Assembly (NCBI RefSeq): GCF_036365525.1
Contig: NC_090383.1
Location: forward strand, 119,476,531 to 119,540,530
DNA: 64,000 bases
Reading direction: 5' to 3'
DNA from: Heterodontus francisci
Taxonomy: Eukaryota
Shown: piece by piece, positions 1-11,699 of the stretch
How positions within the stretch are numbered: position 1 is the stretch's first letter
How the letters are laid out: each line of letters begins with the position of its first letter
Notes under the pieces: generated by a model
Told to the model about the DNA's origin: nothing
Database searches by the model: none
Seen by the model: only the letters and a program-made list of their open reading frames with translations
Made by a program: the position numbers and the translations under genes

Positions 1-444
1 GTATTCGCCCACCCACAGCTTAATTGCAGATGCCCCTCCTCCCTTGTTGGGCAACAGAATGGATACACAAGCTTCTTTCCCACCATCTCAGCAATTCCAA
101 TTTTGCTACAGCAAATGAAGACTGAAGACAGCAGGCTAGTAAAAGACATTCACACCTTGACAACATTGAAGCAGAGTGCCAATATAAACTAAATATTGTG
201 AAGCAAGAACAACCTCAGAACACATGCATGACATATCACAACATATCCCAAATTTTAACTGTCCCAGAAAGGAGAGTGAAGGAGACAGAGAAAGAAAGAA
301 AGACATGCTTTTATAGATTGCCTTTCATGACCAAAGGCGGTGGTGGGGGTGGGGGGGGAGGGGGCAAGATTGGAAGGGGGGAAGGGAGAATGGGGGAGGG
401 GGAAGGCAAAGTCAGAGAGAGAGAGAGAGAGAGAAAGAGAAAGA

Positions 445-850
445 GAAAAAGTGACTACTGCATTTATATAGTGCCTGTCACAACTTCAGGATGTCCTACA
501 TTGCTTTACAGCCATTGAAATACCTTTGAGCTGTAGTTACCTTTGTAATGTAGGAAATGCGGCAGTCAATTTGTACACAGCAAGATCCCACAAACAGCAA
601 TGAGTTAAATGACCAGATAATTTGTTTTTTTAGTGATGTTGGTTGAGGGATAAATATTGGCCGGGACACCAGGGAGAACTCCCCTGCTCTTCTTCAAAAT
701 AGTGCTGTGGGATCTTTTACATCCACCTGAGAAAGCTGACGGAGACCTCAGTTTAACATTTCATCTGAAAGACAGCACATCCGTCGGTACAGCACTCCCT
801 CACTATTGCACTGGGAGGGAGTTATGTGCTCAGGTTCCTGGAATGGGATT
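445..850 (-). mobile_element. tRNA-derived SINE with Deu-type core (SacSINE1/AmnSINE1-like)
   Basis: Reverse complement carries the core CTTTCAGATGAAATGTTAAACTGAGG..AAAGATCCCAC..GAAGAAGAGCAGGGGAGTTCTCCC..ATATTTATCCCTCAACC and the tail GCACTATATAAATGCA; the same block recurs at about 8 sites in the window. Family name is from memory. Confidence 0.7.
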
Positions 851-954
851 CAGTATTTCCATCCCCAGTCCTTTAGCACCAATCTGTCTCAGAATCAGGG
901 GATGGGGAACATGACCTCTCTCCAATTCCAGTTTACGGAGACCAGAGAAAGATA

Positions 955-2258
955 TCAAAAACAGAGCAGGCTTGCTCCACGCTTTGCCATTAATCTGCAA
1001 ATGCAGAGCTAAACAAAGATTGAAACCAAAGTGTTCTAGTGTCAACTGCTTAAATTTAATTGCGTTGTAACAGGATTTATTATTTGAAAGTGGAGGAGGA
1101 CACGAGATGCAGAATGAAATTGTCCGTTTATGGTCACTTTTTAATCTTGTGTATCCACCACTGTCTGCAGAGCAGTGGAAAATATCCAGACAAGATTTTG
1201 ATAGAAAACATCCAACACGTTCTACCAGCTTCTTTGTTGCATAAAGTCTTAACTAAATCAAGCCTGTTAAAAATGATCACCTGACCTACAAACATAAGCA
1301 ACAACAGCTTTACAGCAGGGACCAATCACGGCAATGCAACAGCGTGGCAAGTTGGTTTATGAATCACTGGCCTTCAAAGCAGGGACACACCATTGTGTCT
1401 GATTATAGCCATCCCACAAAGGGTCGGGGTGAGATACAACAAGTAAATACTAGGTACCTTTCCATGGTGCAGAAGGAAGAATCAAAATGACACTCTTTTT
1501 AATCACTAGACACATAACAAGCACTGATGGGAATTCAGGGATCCATGGTGACCGAGTTGGCTAAGCCAGCAAGTAGCTGAGCGAGACAGACTAGGAAAGT
1601 GCCAGGCTCAGTTTCGGCCTGTACTGAGTGATTTTAGCTATTGTGCTACAAGCAGTTTCCATGTCCCTAGGCTAAGGAGGGAATCAAAGGTCAGGGCTCT
1701 TGTTCCTGCTGCCTATCCAGGTGAGGACAAGGGTGGATTCAGCTGCTATGTCCCTTGCAGATGAATATCCTGTTGACACTGAAGTCGCTTAGGCAAAGTA
1801 ACATCGAGATTTCTGGACAAAAAAAAATCAAGGTCCATCTAGTCTGTCTACTGTGCTGGTAGGCACATAACATAATGATAATGGAGTTGTTGACTAATCT
1901 TAGCAACCACGCTTATCAATTAATCTACAACAGACAAGATTTTGTTAGAAAACATGAGGGTCGGGATTTATGCCCCCCCCTGGAATAGGTATTTTGGCCC
2001 TTTGTATCTGCTTCATCGCTGAACAAGATATTTTCCACTGCTCTGCAGACAGTGGTGGATACACAAGATTAAAAAGTGACCATAAACGGACAATTTCATT
2101 CTGCATCTTGTGTCCTCCTCCACTTTCAAATAATAAATCCTGTTGCAATGCAATTAAATTTAAGCAGATGACACTAGAACACTTTGGTTTCAATCTTTGT
2201 TTAGCTCTGCATTAGCAGATTAATGGCAAAGTGTGGAGCAAGCCTGCTCTGTATTTGA
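955..2258. repeat. ~230-bp inverted repeat (arms 955-1186 and 2027-2258) with ~840-bp spacer
   Basis: Direct comparison: the arms are reverse complements with about 7 mismatches by eye; the ORF track shows the same peptide (MTLEHFGFNLCLALH) on both strands. Confidence 0.95.
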
Positions 2259-2659
2259 GGCGGGGAAGGAGGCCGGGAGGTGGGGGGCAGGGTGCCATGG
2301 AGTATTGCACAGAGCATCTGATTGTCCAGCAGCTCATGGAGGTGCGATCCCTGTCTTTAAAGGGATGGGGATCCCGGCTCGAGAATCTTTAATTGAGGAA
2401 CACCAGAGGATTGCTCCAGGGGGGGCCACGAAAATGCAGAGGCGGAATTTGCCCTGCCTTTTCGGTTTGGTGCTGGAAGCCCCGCCTCCTACACAAGATC
2501 CAGCCCCATACGTCCAAAGTCATTAAAGCATGTTACAGTCACTACACATCATGTCTCAATTGACTTGTACTGCAAAAGAATATATAAAATAGGAGCTGGA
2601 ATAGGCATTTTGCCCCTTTGTATCTGCTTCGCCATTCAAATAGATCATAGCTGATCTTA

Positions 2660-3230
2660 TACTGAGGCAGTAGGGCCTCAGTTTAACATCTCACCTGAAA
2701 CACAGCACCTGCAACAGTGGAACACTCCCTCAGTATTACACTGCAGCATCAGCCTTGGCTTTTTTGCACAAGTCTTGGAACGGGGACTTAAACCCAGAAC
2801 CTTGCAACTCAGAGGTGAGAGTGCCAGCAACTGAGCTATAGCTGACACCCATCAAACAGCAGGCTATCCTAATGTGCCAATGAATACTTTTGAAGTGTAG
2901 TCCCTGGTGTAATGTCGGAAACGCAGCAAACAATGTACAGACAATAAGCTCTCACAAGGAGCAATGTAATAATCTGTTCTAGATGTTGATTGAGGGATAA
3001 TATTGGCCAGGAGACTGGGGGGAGCTCCCCTTCTCTTCTTCAAGATAGTGCCATGAGATCTTCTACATCCACCTAAGAGGGTAGATGGGGCCTCGGTTTA
3101 ATGTCTCATCCGTAAGACAACACCTCCAACAGTGCAGTACTGCACTGACGTATTAGCCTTCATTATGGGCTCAATGCTCTAGAATATGGTTTTTAATGCC
3201 ATGACTTTCTGACTCAGAGATAAAAGTGCT
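2660..3230 (-). mobile_element. Two adjacent Deu-type SINE fragments
   Basis: Same core motifs as 445-850; the tRNA-like head (B-box-like GGTTCTGGGTTTAAGTCCC on - strand) lies near 2785-2845. Confidence 0.65.
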
Positions 3231-3532
3231 TTCTGCTTTACAATACTCTGGTTGATATAATGGGATGGATCCCACAGCTCCAACACATCACATGTAACTC
3301 AAAGTCTGCTCTTGAGGTGTCATGGGCAGCTAACAGACCTTCCCTGGTGGTTCAGTGGTCACTGCAGGCAGAGGACTGGTTTATAGACATCCATAATATC
3401 ACTACAATTTAGTTTTATGAGGTTTCTTTTGTTCAATGTATATTTGAGTTACTTTTTATCAGTTGGGTCCCGTTTAAAAAAAGGCCAAATGTCAATTTGG
3501 TTTATCGATAACACTGGGGCAACCTTTCTTCA

Positions 3533-4720
3533 ATTCATTCATGGGATGTGGGTGTCACGGTAAGGCCAGCATTTATTGCTCATCCCTAATTGCCTTTGAG
3601 CGGGTGGTGGTGAGCCTCCTTCTTGACAACTGAATGGCTTGCTAGACCATTTCAGGAGGCAGTTAAGAGTCAACTACATTGCTGTGTGTCTGGAGTCATA
3701 TGTAGGCCAGACCGGGTAAGGACGGCAGATTTCCATCCCTAAAGGAAATAAGTGAATCAAATGGGTTTTTTTAATGACAATTCAGTAGTTTCATGGTCAC
3801 CATTACCAAGACCAGGGGTGGAAATTTGTGCTGGCAGCGGGGGTCTTGATGTCGGGGAAACTAACATTGAGATCCCCGCATTGGCTCTTGAATGGAAGAC
3901 CCACTGAATTTAGTGCCAACCAGGCACTTAAATGGACAGCGGTGGGCCTTCCGTACGATTTAGGACCCAGCTGCTGGATGTCCCGACCTTGCAGAGCTGT
4001 GGGCCAATCAGAGACCAGTAGCTGCAGCTCCACCGTGGAGACAGTGACTGCTGATATAGCTGCAATGACCAGACACTGAGGAGCAGCGCTAGAACCGGGA
4101 TCAAGGTAGGTCAGGGCGGGAGGGGTCGCGCGGGGTGGGGGTCGCGGAGGAGGGTGGGGTAGGGTGTCAGCAGCAAGGGCAGGGGGGTGGCCTTCAGCGG
4201 ACCCCCCCTTCCCGATGCCAGGTCCCTTGTTCAGGCACTGTGCCTTTGAACGAGGGAACCGCCCCCCCACCCCCGCAATGTGGCTGGGAAGCAGCCCGCC
4301 GGGTTTTTTGTTTCCCCTGTGGTGACAGGGATGCCCTCCGCACGGGTAATTACGGCTGTGGCAGGAAGAGGTCCTTAATTAGGGGTTAATTGCCCAGTTA
4401 AAGGCCTCAATTGGTGGTGGGGCAGGAAGGCCGTTCACAGGCCTTCCCACTCCGGATTAAATTTTGGTGGAGGCAGGATTGTGACAGGGTCCCCGCCCCC
4501 CAATTACCATCCCACCCGATTTTACGGTTTCCCCGCCTCCAAACCCGTCACGGTGGAGAGCCTAAAATTTCACCCTAGTTTTTTTATTCCAGATTTACTT
4601 AATTAACTGAAATTAAATTCCTCAGCTTCCATAGTGGGATTTGAACTTCTATTTCCAGATCACTAGTCCAAGCCTCTGGATTACTAATCCAGTAACATAA
4701 TTACCATGCCACTGTTCCCT
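3533..4720 (-). mobile_element. tRNA-derived SINE with CR1-like 3' tail, interrupted by a MITE
   Basis: Matches the + strand copy at 7655-8080 and the copy at 19015-19355; the sequence resumes after 4578. Confidence 0.7.
3816..4575. mobile_element. Non-autonomous PIF/Harbinger-type MITE (~760 bp)
   Basis: Termini GGGTGGAAATTT ... AAATTTCACCC, flanked by CAG/TAG (3-bp TSD, 1 mismatch); GC-rich interior; splits a SINE cleanly. Confidence 0.7.
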
Positions 4721-4845
4721 ATTAACCTAGTGTAATTGTTACGGATTGTTCAAAAAGGCAGCCCCTCCTATTTCTGTTACGCAGAATCTGAACTATTAAT
4801 AACTCACTGCACCAAAATAACCTTTAATATTGAGCAATAGTAATT

Positions 4846-5430
4846 ACAACAACAACAACTTGCACTTATATAGCACCTTTAACATAATGAAACATCTCAA
4901 GGCTCTACACAGAAGCATTACAAAAACAAAATTTGACACTGAGCCACATAAAGACATTGGCGCAGATGACTGAAAGCTTGATCAAAGAGGCAGGTTTTAA
5001 GGAGCCATTTGAAGGCAGAAAGAGAAGTGGAGATGTTTACGGAGGGAATTCCAGAGTTTAGGGTCCAGGCAGCTGAAGGCACGGCTGCTAATGGTGGAGC
5101 GATTAAAATCAGAGATGTTCAAAAGGCCAGAACTAGAGAATCGCAGAGAGCTCAGAGGGTTGTCGGGCTGGAGAAGGTTACAGAGATAGGGAGGGGAGAT
5201 ACCATGAAGGTATTTGAAAACAACGACGAAAATTTTAAAACTGCGCCATTAACTGGCAGCCAATGTAGTTCATTGAGCACAGGGGTGATAGATAAATAGG
5301 ACTTGAAACCAGTTAGGACATGGCAGCAAAATTTTGGATGACCTCAAGGTTATGGAGAATAAAATGTGGGAGGCCAGCCAAGAGTGCGTTGGCATAGTCA
5401 CATCCAGAGGTAACAAAGGCATGGATTACA
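4846..5430 (-). mobile_element. L2/CR1-clade LINE 3' fragment
   Basis: (CAA)n tail on + strand; similar to 35870-36430 and reverse-complementary to 5930-6320. Confidence 0.7.
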
Positions 5431-5929
5431 TGGAAACTCCCTAAACTTCATCTGACATTAATCATGTAATCATATGGCCCAAACCGGTGAACGTCAAAAA
5501 TCTATAGAGGCACCTGACGAAGTCATCACCTATTCTTGTAACAAGGCACAAAAATGGACTTTGACCCACAGAACATATTGCTCAGCACAGGCCATTAAAA
5601 GTAATTGGAACTATGATAAATATTAATGTGGTGAGGGGAATGTGAAAGGAAAACTAACCAGTGGTATACTCAGACCAAAATCGGGGAAGACTCCAACAGT
5701 TCGCAATATAAAATGCAATTGTAAACTCAAGTTACAGCATGGAATCAGGGCATTCAACCCAAGCAGTCAGTATCTACACTGACCCACCACCAGACCAATC
5801 TTCAAACACAGTTTACAAGTTCACTATAAGCAGCAGAAATCTTACCAAAATATTGGTAAAGGGCAGAGAAAATTGAATTCACTGGCGTGCTGACCTTTTA
5901 TTCACATGTAGCATCAAGAGGAAACATTG

Positions 5930-6325
5930 TAGTTTCATTTAAAATTCTCATCCCTATGTTCAAATCCTTCAATGGCCTCGCCCCTCCCTATCTCTGTAAC
6001 CTCCTCCAGCCCTACAACCCTCTGACATCTTTATGTCCCTCGAACTCTGGCCTCTACAGCATCCCTGATTTCCAACACCCAATCATTGGTGGCCGTCCCA
6101 TCAGCTGTCTGAACCCCAAGCTGTGGAATTCACTCCTGAAACCTCTCCATCTCTCTACCTCTACCCTCCTCCTTAAAACCTACCTCTTTGACCAAGCTTT
6201 TGGTCACCTGTCCTAATATTTCATTATGTGGCTCAGTGACAAATTGTGTTTGATAACGCTCCAATTAAGCACCATGGGACATTTGACTAAGTTAAAATGC
6301 ACTGTATAAACGCCATCTGTTGTCC
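5930..6325 (+). mobile_element. L2-type LINE 3' fragment
   Basis: Peptide FKILIPMFKSFNGLAPPYLCNLL...PKLWNSL...LLKTYLF is a typical L2 ORF2 C-terminus. Confidence 0.8.
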
Positions 6326-6461
6326 TGACATGTTATGACTCGCATGGGAGCTGAGGTCCATGTCTCTCACTAGGTGTGGATAATACAGAGGCTTTTTCCC
6401 AAATTACTTCTGGCCAGTTTTTCATGCAACACTGTCAGGTGTCTAAACACCTCGTGTTAAG

Positions 6462-6617
6462 ATAAAAGCAAAATACTGCAAATGCTGGAAATCTAAATAA
6501 AAACAAGAAATGCTGGAAACACTCAGCAGGTCTGGCAGCATCTGTGGAGAGAGAAGCAGAGTTAACGTTTCAGGTCAGTGACCCTTCTTCCAGCCTTTCC
6601 AGCATTTCTTGTTTTTC
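6462..6617 (-). mobile_element. Penelope-like terminal (pLTR) fragment with short inverted duplication
   Basis: Reverse complement of the tail of the Penelope element at 42330-42371 + 43841-43907; contains a degenerate hammerhead motif. Confidence 0.7.
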
Positions 6618-7654
6618 TCTTGTATTAAGATACTTGCTTTATAGTTCAATTGGCACTTTTCTTCCCAACTTGACTTTTGCTCCAGAAGCCTGGTCATGTC
6701 ACACTACTTGTGACCCAGTTCCTAGCTGAAGTGGTTTCAGACTGGTGCTAACACACTAATACATCCTGTGGGGACTGAGACACAGGGAAGCTTCCAAAAC
6801 TGAAATATTGAAGGGCACTGTCGTCTGAGTGACATGTCTTAATAGATGTATTAAAAAGGGCAACACATTGCAACTTCACATTTATTAACTGTTTATTCCT
6901 GATTCATACAAAACAAAACCAATGACATAAGTTAGGGGAGAGAAAAAAGAAAAGTACACCCACATTTTAAAAGCTGCAAAGAGAGTCAGCACAGCGCAAT
7001 TGAACAAACATCAGGGAATTTCCACCTGGGCCTCATTTTTGCAGTTCTGACCATGACCTTTGCTGTGAAGATTAATTTATCCTTGAGCATGTTGTGTCAC
7101 AACTGCAAAGGTCGAAGAGGATATCTGAACATGACGCTAAAGCCAAGATATTTGTCTGCTTAAAAATATAAATCACCCAGTTTACAGAATGAGCTGCACC
7201 AGGAACTGGAGCCATCTAAAATACTCTCCAAAGTACATCAGTGAATTTCTTTAATATTAATCATGGAAGGCAGGACAGCCACAGCTGGTCTGACAATAGC
7301 TAAGAGCAGACAGGTAAATGTTTTGGGATGAGAGGTTCCCCCCCAAACCCCCCCCAAAACCTTTAACCTCTCTTTTCAGATGCTGAGGGAAGGTGTAGGG
7401 ATGTTTGCCTTGTCAGTCGTGTTATGTACTTGATACTGAACTAGCCTCACTGAAGTTGGGAAGTCAGTTCCTACCATGGAAACCATGGGGGGGGGGGGGG
7501 GGGGGAGAAGGGGGAGGCGGTGAAGAAACAGCTGAATTGACATAAAAACCCAAGTGATTCGTGAATATCCTTCGGTGAAGGGAACCTGCCACTCCACCAT
7601 GACCTGCCTAACCTACATGTGACTCCAGTCCACAGTGTTTGATTGATTTTCAGG

Positions 7655-8080
7655 GGGAAGACAGTGACGTAGTGGTAATGTCACTGAACTAGTAATCCAG
7701 AGGCCAGGACAATTCCCTGAGGACATGGGTTCAAATCCCACCATGGCAGCAGATGAAATTTAAATACAATTAATGAATAAGTTCAATTAATTTATTTAAA
7801 AATCTAGAATTGAAAGCTATTCTCAGTAATAGGGCCATGAAACTATCATTGATTGTCATAAAAACACATCTGGTTCACTTAATGTCCTTTAGGGAAGGAA
7901 ATCTGCCATCCTTACCTGGTCTGGCCGACATGTGACTCCAGATCCACAGTGATGTGGTTGACTCTTAAAATGCCCTCTGAAATGGCCCAGCAAACCACTC
8001 AGTTCAAGGGCAATTAGGGATGGGCAACAAATGCAGACCTTGCTAAAAAAACAAACCCACATCCCATGAAAGAATAAAAA
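7655..8080 (+). mobile_element. tRNA-derived SINE
   Basis: A-box-like GTGACGTAGTGG and B-box-like GGGTTCAAATCCC; 3' tail shared with the CR1-type LINE at 22675. Confidence 0.75.
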
Positions 8081-9287
8081 TAGTGCTCCCAGGGGAACTA
8101 GGGTTGGGCAATAAATGCCATTTTGCCAGTGTTACCAACATCCTCAAGAACTTTTTAATCTTTAACTCCCTCAACAGCTTCATTCCCTCCCCATATCTGT
8201 AACCTCCTCCAACTCAAAACCCTCTGAGTTCTCAGCGTTCCCCTAATCCTAGATGCTGATGCATTCCCAATTTTATTTACAGCACCATTGGACCTTCAGC
8301 TGCCAAAGCCCTAAACTCTGGAATTCCATGCCTTAACGCCTCTGCCCTCTCTCTCCTCCTCCTTTAAGACCCTACTTAAAGCTCAGATCTTTGTCCAAGC
8401 TTTTAATCGCCCCTCCTAATATCTCCTTCTTTGAGTCTACATCCATTGTTACTTGATTGAACCTCTTGAAGGACCTTAGGACCCTTTTCTACTTTAAAAA
8501 GGTGCTATATAAATTCAATTTGTTGCTTATTACAGAATCCAACATGGGCAAGATCTTTTAAGTAGATAATTAAAAATAAATGAAAAAATTGCATATGCTA
8601 AAAATTTTGTTTTCTTAAAATTTGCATGCATTTAAACAGTATTATCAGCTCTCACAAAACTGCTCAAAAGACTCTGAACAGGCAGTACATGTCTGAAAAG
8701 TAGCAAGTGTTCACCGTTAAATAAAAACCCTGCAGAATTGACAAAGGACAGAGATCAGGAGCATCTGTGCAAAGTGGTTAAAAAGAAAAGCAAATTACAG
8801 AAGTAATGAGGCAGGAAACCAGAGCCCCAGTTTTTGTCTATAAACAACACTTCCACATCCCTACCCCACCGTGGTTAATTAAAAATAGTTTGAACAGGTT
8901 TTAGTGCATATGTGAATGAGTTTATATTTCCATTGGACAAAGCAGTTTTAAAAAATGCTAAACTGTGTGACTGTACAAATACAAAAATGAAAAATCAATG
9001 CCTCAATTATTAGAACTTATAATTCTGGTAAACTTTATGCACAATGTGGGCAGGAGGAGCTCGTATAGCTGAGATAAAAACTGGATATGAAATGTAATCA
9101 TTTTCACTTCATTCCTTTGAACAATAATACAGTTTACATTTACTCTGTTACAACTGGATACATTGGCCCGATTTTAATTCATTAAAATATAAACCCATTC
9201 ACTCAGACAGAGTTAAAATTGGGCTCATTGTTGCTGTTACATATTTGTCTCTCTCTCTCTCTCTCTCTCTCTCGCGCTGTCATTTAC

Positions 9288-9384
9288 CTGAGCCCAGGTG
9301 GTTGCATGCCTGCTGCCGGCTTGGGGCCGAGCTGTCACTCTTGGAACGGCCTCGAAGCTGCAAGAAGGGGGCCTGAGTGGACAT
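9288..9384 (-). CDS. PHACTR2: Probable first coding exon of phosphatase and actin regulator 2 (MSTQAPFLQLRGRSKSDSSAPSRQQACNHLGS)
   Basis: ATG at 9384 with an in-frame TGA upstream; strong phase-1 donor CAG|GTAAAT at 9288/9287. RGRSKSD resembles PHACTR N-terminal motifs (PHACTR1 RVRSKSD, PHACTR3 RGRSQSD, recalled); PHACTR2 is head-to-head with FUCA2 in human. The remaining exons would lie left of the window. Confidence 0.65.
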
Positions 9385-9499
9385 GTGCAGCTCCCAAGAG
9401 GTGAGAGTCACCTTGGATGGAGAACTCACTCACTGTTTGCAGGCAAACACTAACCAGAGCAGCCGTCAAAGTGCTGCACCTCTCCACACAGTCTTCCTG

Positions 9500-9527
9500 T
9501 AGCACCGCCCACTCCTTATTTAAACTC
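9500..9527 (-). promoter_or_regulatory. Candidate core promoter for the PHACTR2-like exon (TTTAAATAA plus GGGCGG)
   Basis: Motifs lie about 120-140 bp upstream of the ATG on the - strand; motif evidence only. Confidence 0.3.
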
Positions 9528-9889
9528 AACAAGGATTTTTTTTTTGCACTGACTCTTATTTTATGGGTTTGCCACAAGGAACTTAAGAACAATTGACCCA
9601 GCATTCACAGACTTGTGGGAGAAAGAGTTCCAGATTGAAAAGCTGAAACAGTAACACTCACGATAAGGCCAAGATAAAAGCAGCTGTGCAGTTGTCTGGT
9701 ATCTCACTGTTGGACGTTTTGTGATTTACCCCTGTGAGGGATGACTTTGAGACTGTACCACACTCATTCCATTTCAGACCTAGCTACAAGTGGGGACTGC
9801 GCGGAAGCTTTTATCCTCATATTCCCCACCTAAAAGCACTGGGAGCACCTTCACCACATAGACTGCAGTGGCTCAAGGTAAAGTGTAAG

Positions 9890-11120
9890 AACATAGATCA
9901 TAGGAAATAGGAGCAGGAGTAGGCCATTCAGCCTGCCGAGTCTGCTCTGCCATTCAACCAGATCATGGCTGATTATCTATCTCGACGCCATTTTTCCCCA
10001 CTATCCCCATATCCTTCAATATCATTAGTATCCAGATATCTATCGATTTCTGTCTTGAACATGCGCAATGATTGAGCTTCCACAGCCCTCTGGGATAGAG
10101 AATTCCAAAGATTCACCATAGGAATATTGGAGCAGGAGTAGGCCTTTCAGCTCATCGAATTCTGTTCGTAACATCGTCAAAAAACTCCAACAGGTTCATC
10201 AAACATGATTTCACATTCATAAATCCATGTTGACCATGCCCAATTAGATCATTATTATCCAAGTATCTGTTTATCACATCCTTTAGAATAGATTCCAGCA
10301 TTTTCCCAATGACTGATGTAAGGCTAACAGGTCTGTAATTCCTGTTTTCTCTCTCCCTCCCTTCTAAAATAGTGGGGTGACATTTACAACCTTTCAATCT
10401 TCAGGAACCGCTCCAGAATCTATCGAATCTGAGTAAAGAAATTCCTCCTCATCTCAGTCTTAAATGTCTACCCCCTATTCTGAGATTGTGTCCCCTGGTT
10501 CTAGACTCCCCAGCCAGAGGAAACATCCTATCAACAACTACCCTGTCATGCCCTGTAAGAATTTTTTAAGTTTCAATGAGATCACCTCTCATTCTTCGAA
10601 ACTCTAGAGAATACAGGCCCAGCCTCCTCAATCTCTTCTCATAAGAAAATCCCGCTATCCAGGGATTAGTCTGGTGAACCTCTGTTGCACTCCCTCTATG
10701 GCAAGTATATCCTTCCTTAGATAAGCAGATCAATACTGTACACAATACTCCAGGTGCGGTCTCACCAATGCTTTATACAATTGCAGCAAGACGTCTTTAC
10801 TCCTGTACTGAAATCCCCTTGCAATGAAGGCCAACATACCATTTGCCTTCTTAATTGCTTGCTGCACCTGCATACTAGCTTTTAGTGACTCATGAACAAG
10901 GTCACCCAGGTCCCTTTGGACATCAACACTTCCCAATCTCTCACCATTTAAGAAATACTCTGCCTTTCTGTTTTTTCTACCAAATTGGATCACTTCACAC
11001 TTATTGACATTACATTCCATTTGCCATGTTCTTGCCCATTCACTTAGCCTGTCCAGGTCCCCTTGAACCCTCCTTGCAACCCCCTCACAATTTACATTTC
11101 CACCTAGTTTTCTGTCATCA
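9890..11120 (-). mobile_element. CR1 LINE fragment, internally rearranged
   Basis: RT peptides NYRPVSLTSVIGKMLESILKD..QHGF and KCEVIQFG..LYKALVRPHLEYCVQ; 10119-10427 is a second tail plus an upstream RT piece inserted into the 3' region. Confidence 0.85.
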
Positions 11121-11699
11121 CTGTAAGAGAATTTGAACCTGACACCAAATATGGTTGCAAAGGAAAGTTTTTATTATGTTTGACCAAGTCTTGACATACT
11201 CAATAGGCTGAATCTTTGGGCCGATCTCAGGGTGGGAACAGAGTTGGACAGGACCTGAAAATACTGGCGGCATCTGGTTTTGCGACGCTGGTCCTGGCAC
11301 CGGCTGCGGGAGGGCAGGATCATGATCACAGCAGAGCTCGTTATCAGAGGGCAGTTGAGAGTTTCGGTGGGGGGGGGGGGGGGGGGGGTGCGCGGGCTTC
11401 ACGCGCTGTATGGGGCCGATCGGGTATAAGGAGACAGGTACAGAGTGCGAGAAACCCCAGGGAATTACCCAGGAAGCATAAAAGTTTCAATGGCACAGAG
11501 GGCGACTTGGCCATTGGGAGACAGGTGCCCTTGGCATTGTGCATGTGGCAGGTAGAGTGGGCAGATGGCAGTCAGTGCTTGGGTAGTGCAAGGGTTGTCA
11601 TCCTCCTGGCATTGCGGGGGACAGAAAAGGGGATAAGGCAGCCAAGGACAATTGGGCAACCACTGACGACAAGGGAGGATGGAGCTCTGAGAGCAGGGG

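Noticed and set aside
198-518. Gly/Glu/Arg-rich ORF; similar ORFs at 20486-20719, 45406-45764 and 57557-58070
   Set aside because: Low-complexity purine or pyrimidine tracts and microsatellites.
7655-7750. tRNA gene (also 25412-25500 and 43770-43840)
   Set aside because: A/B boxes belong to SINE heads that continue into SINE bodies; no complete cloverleaf.
9335-9604. 89-aa - strand ORF over the PHACTR2-like exon
   Set aside because: Different frame from the motif-bearing exon; no recognisable homology.
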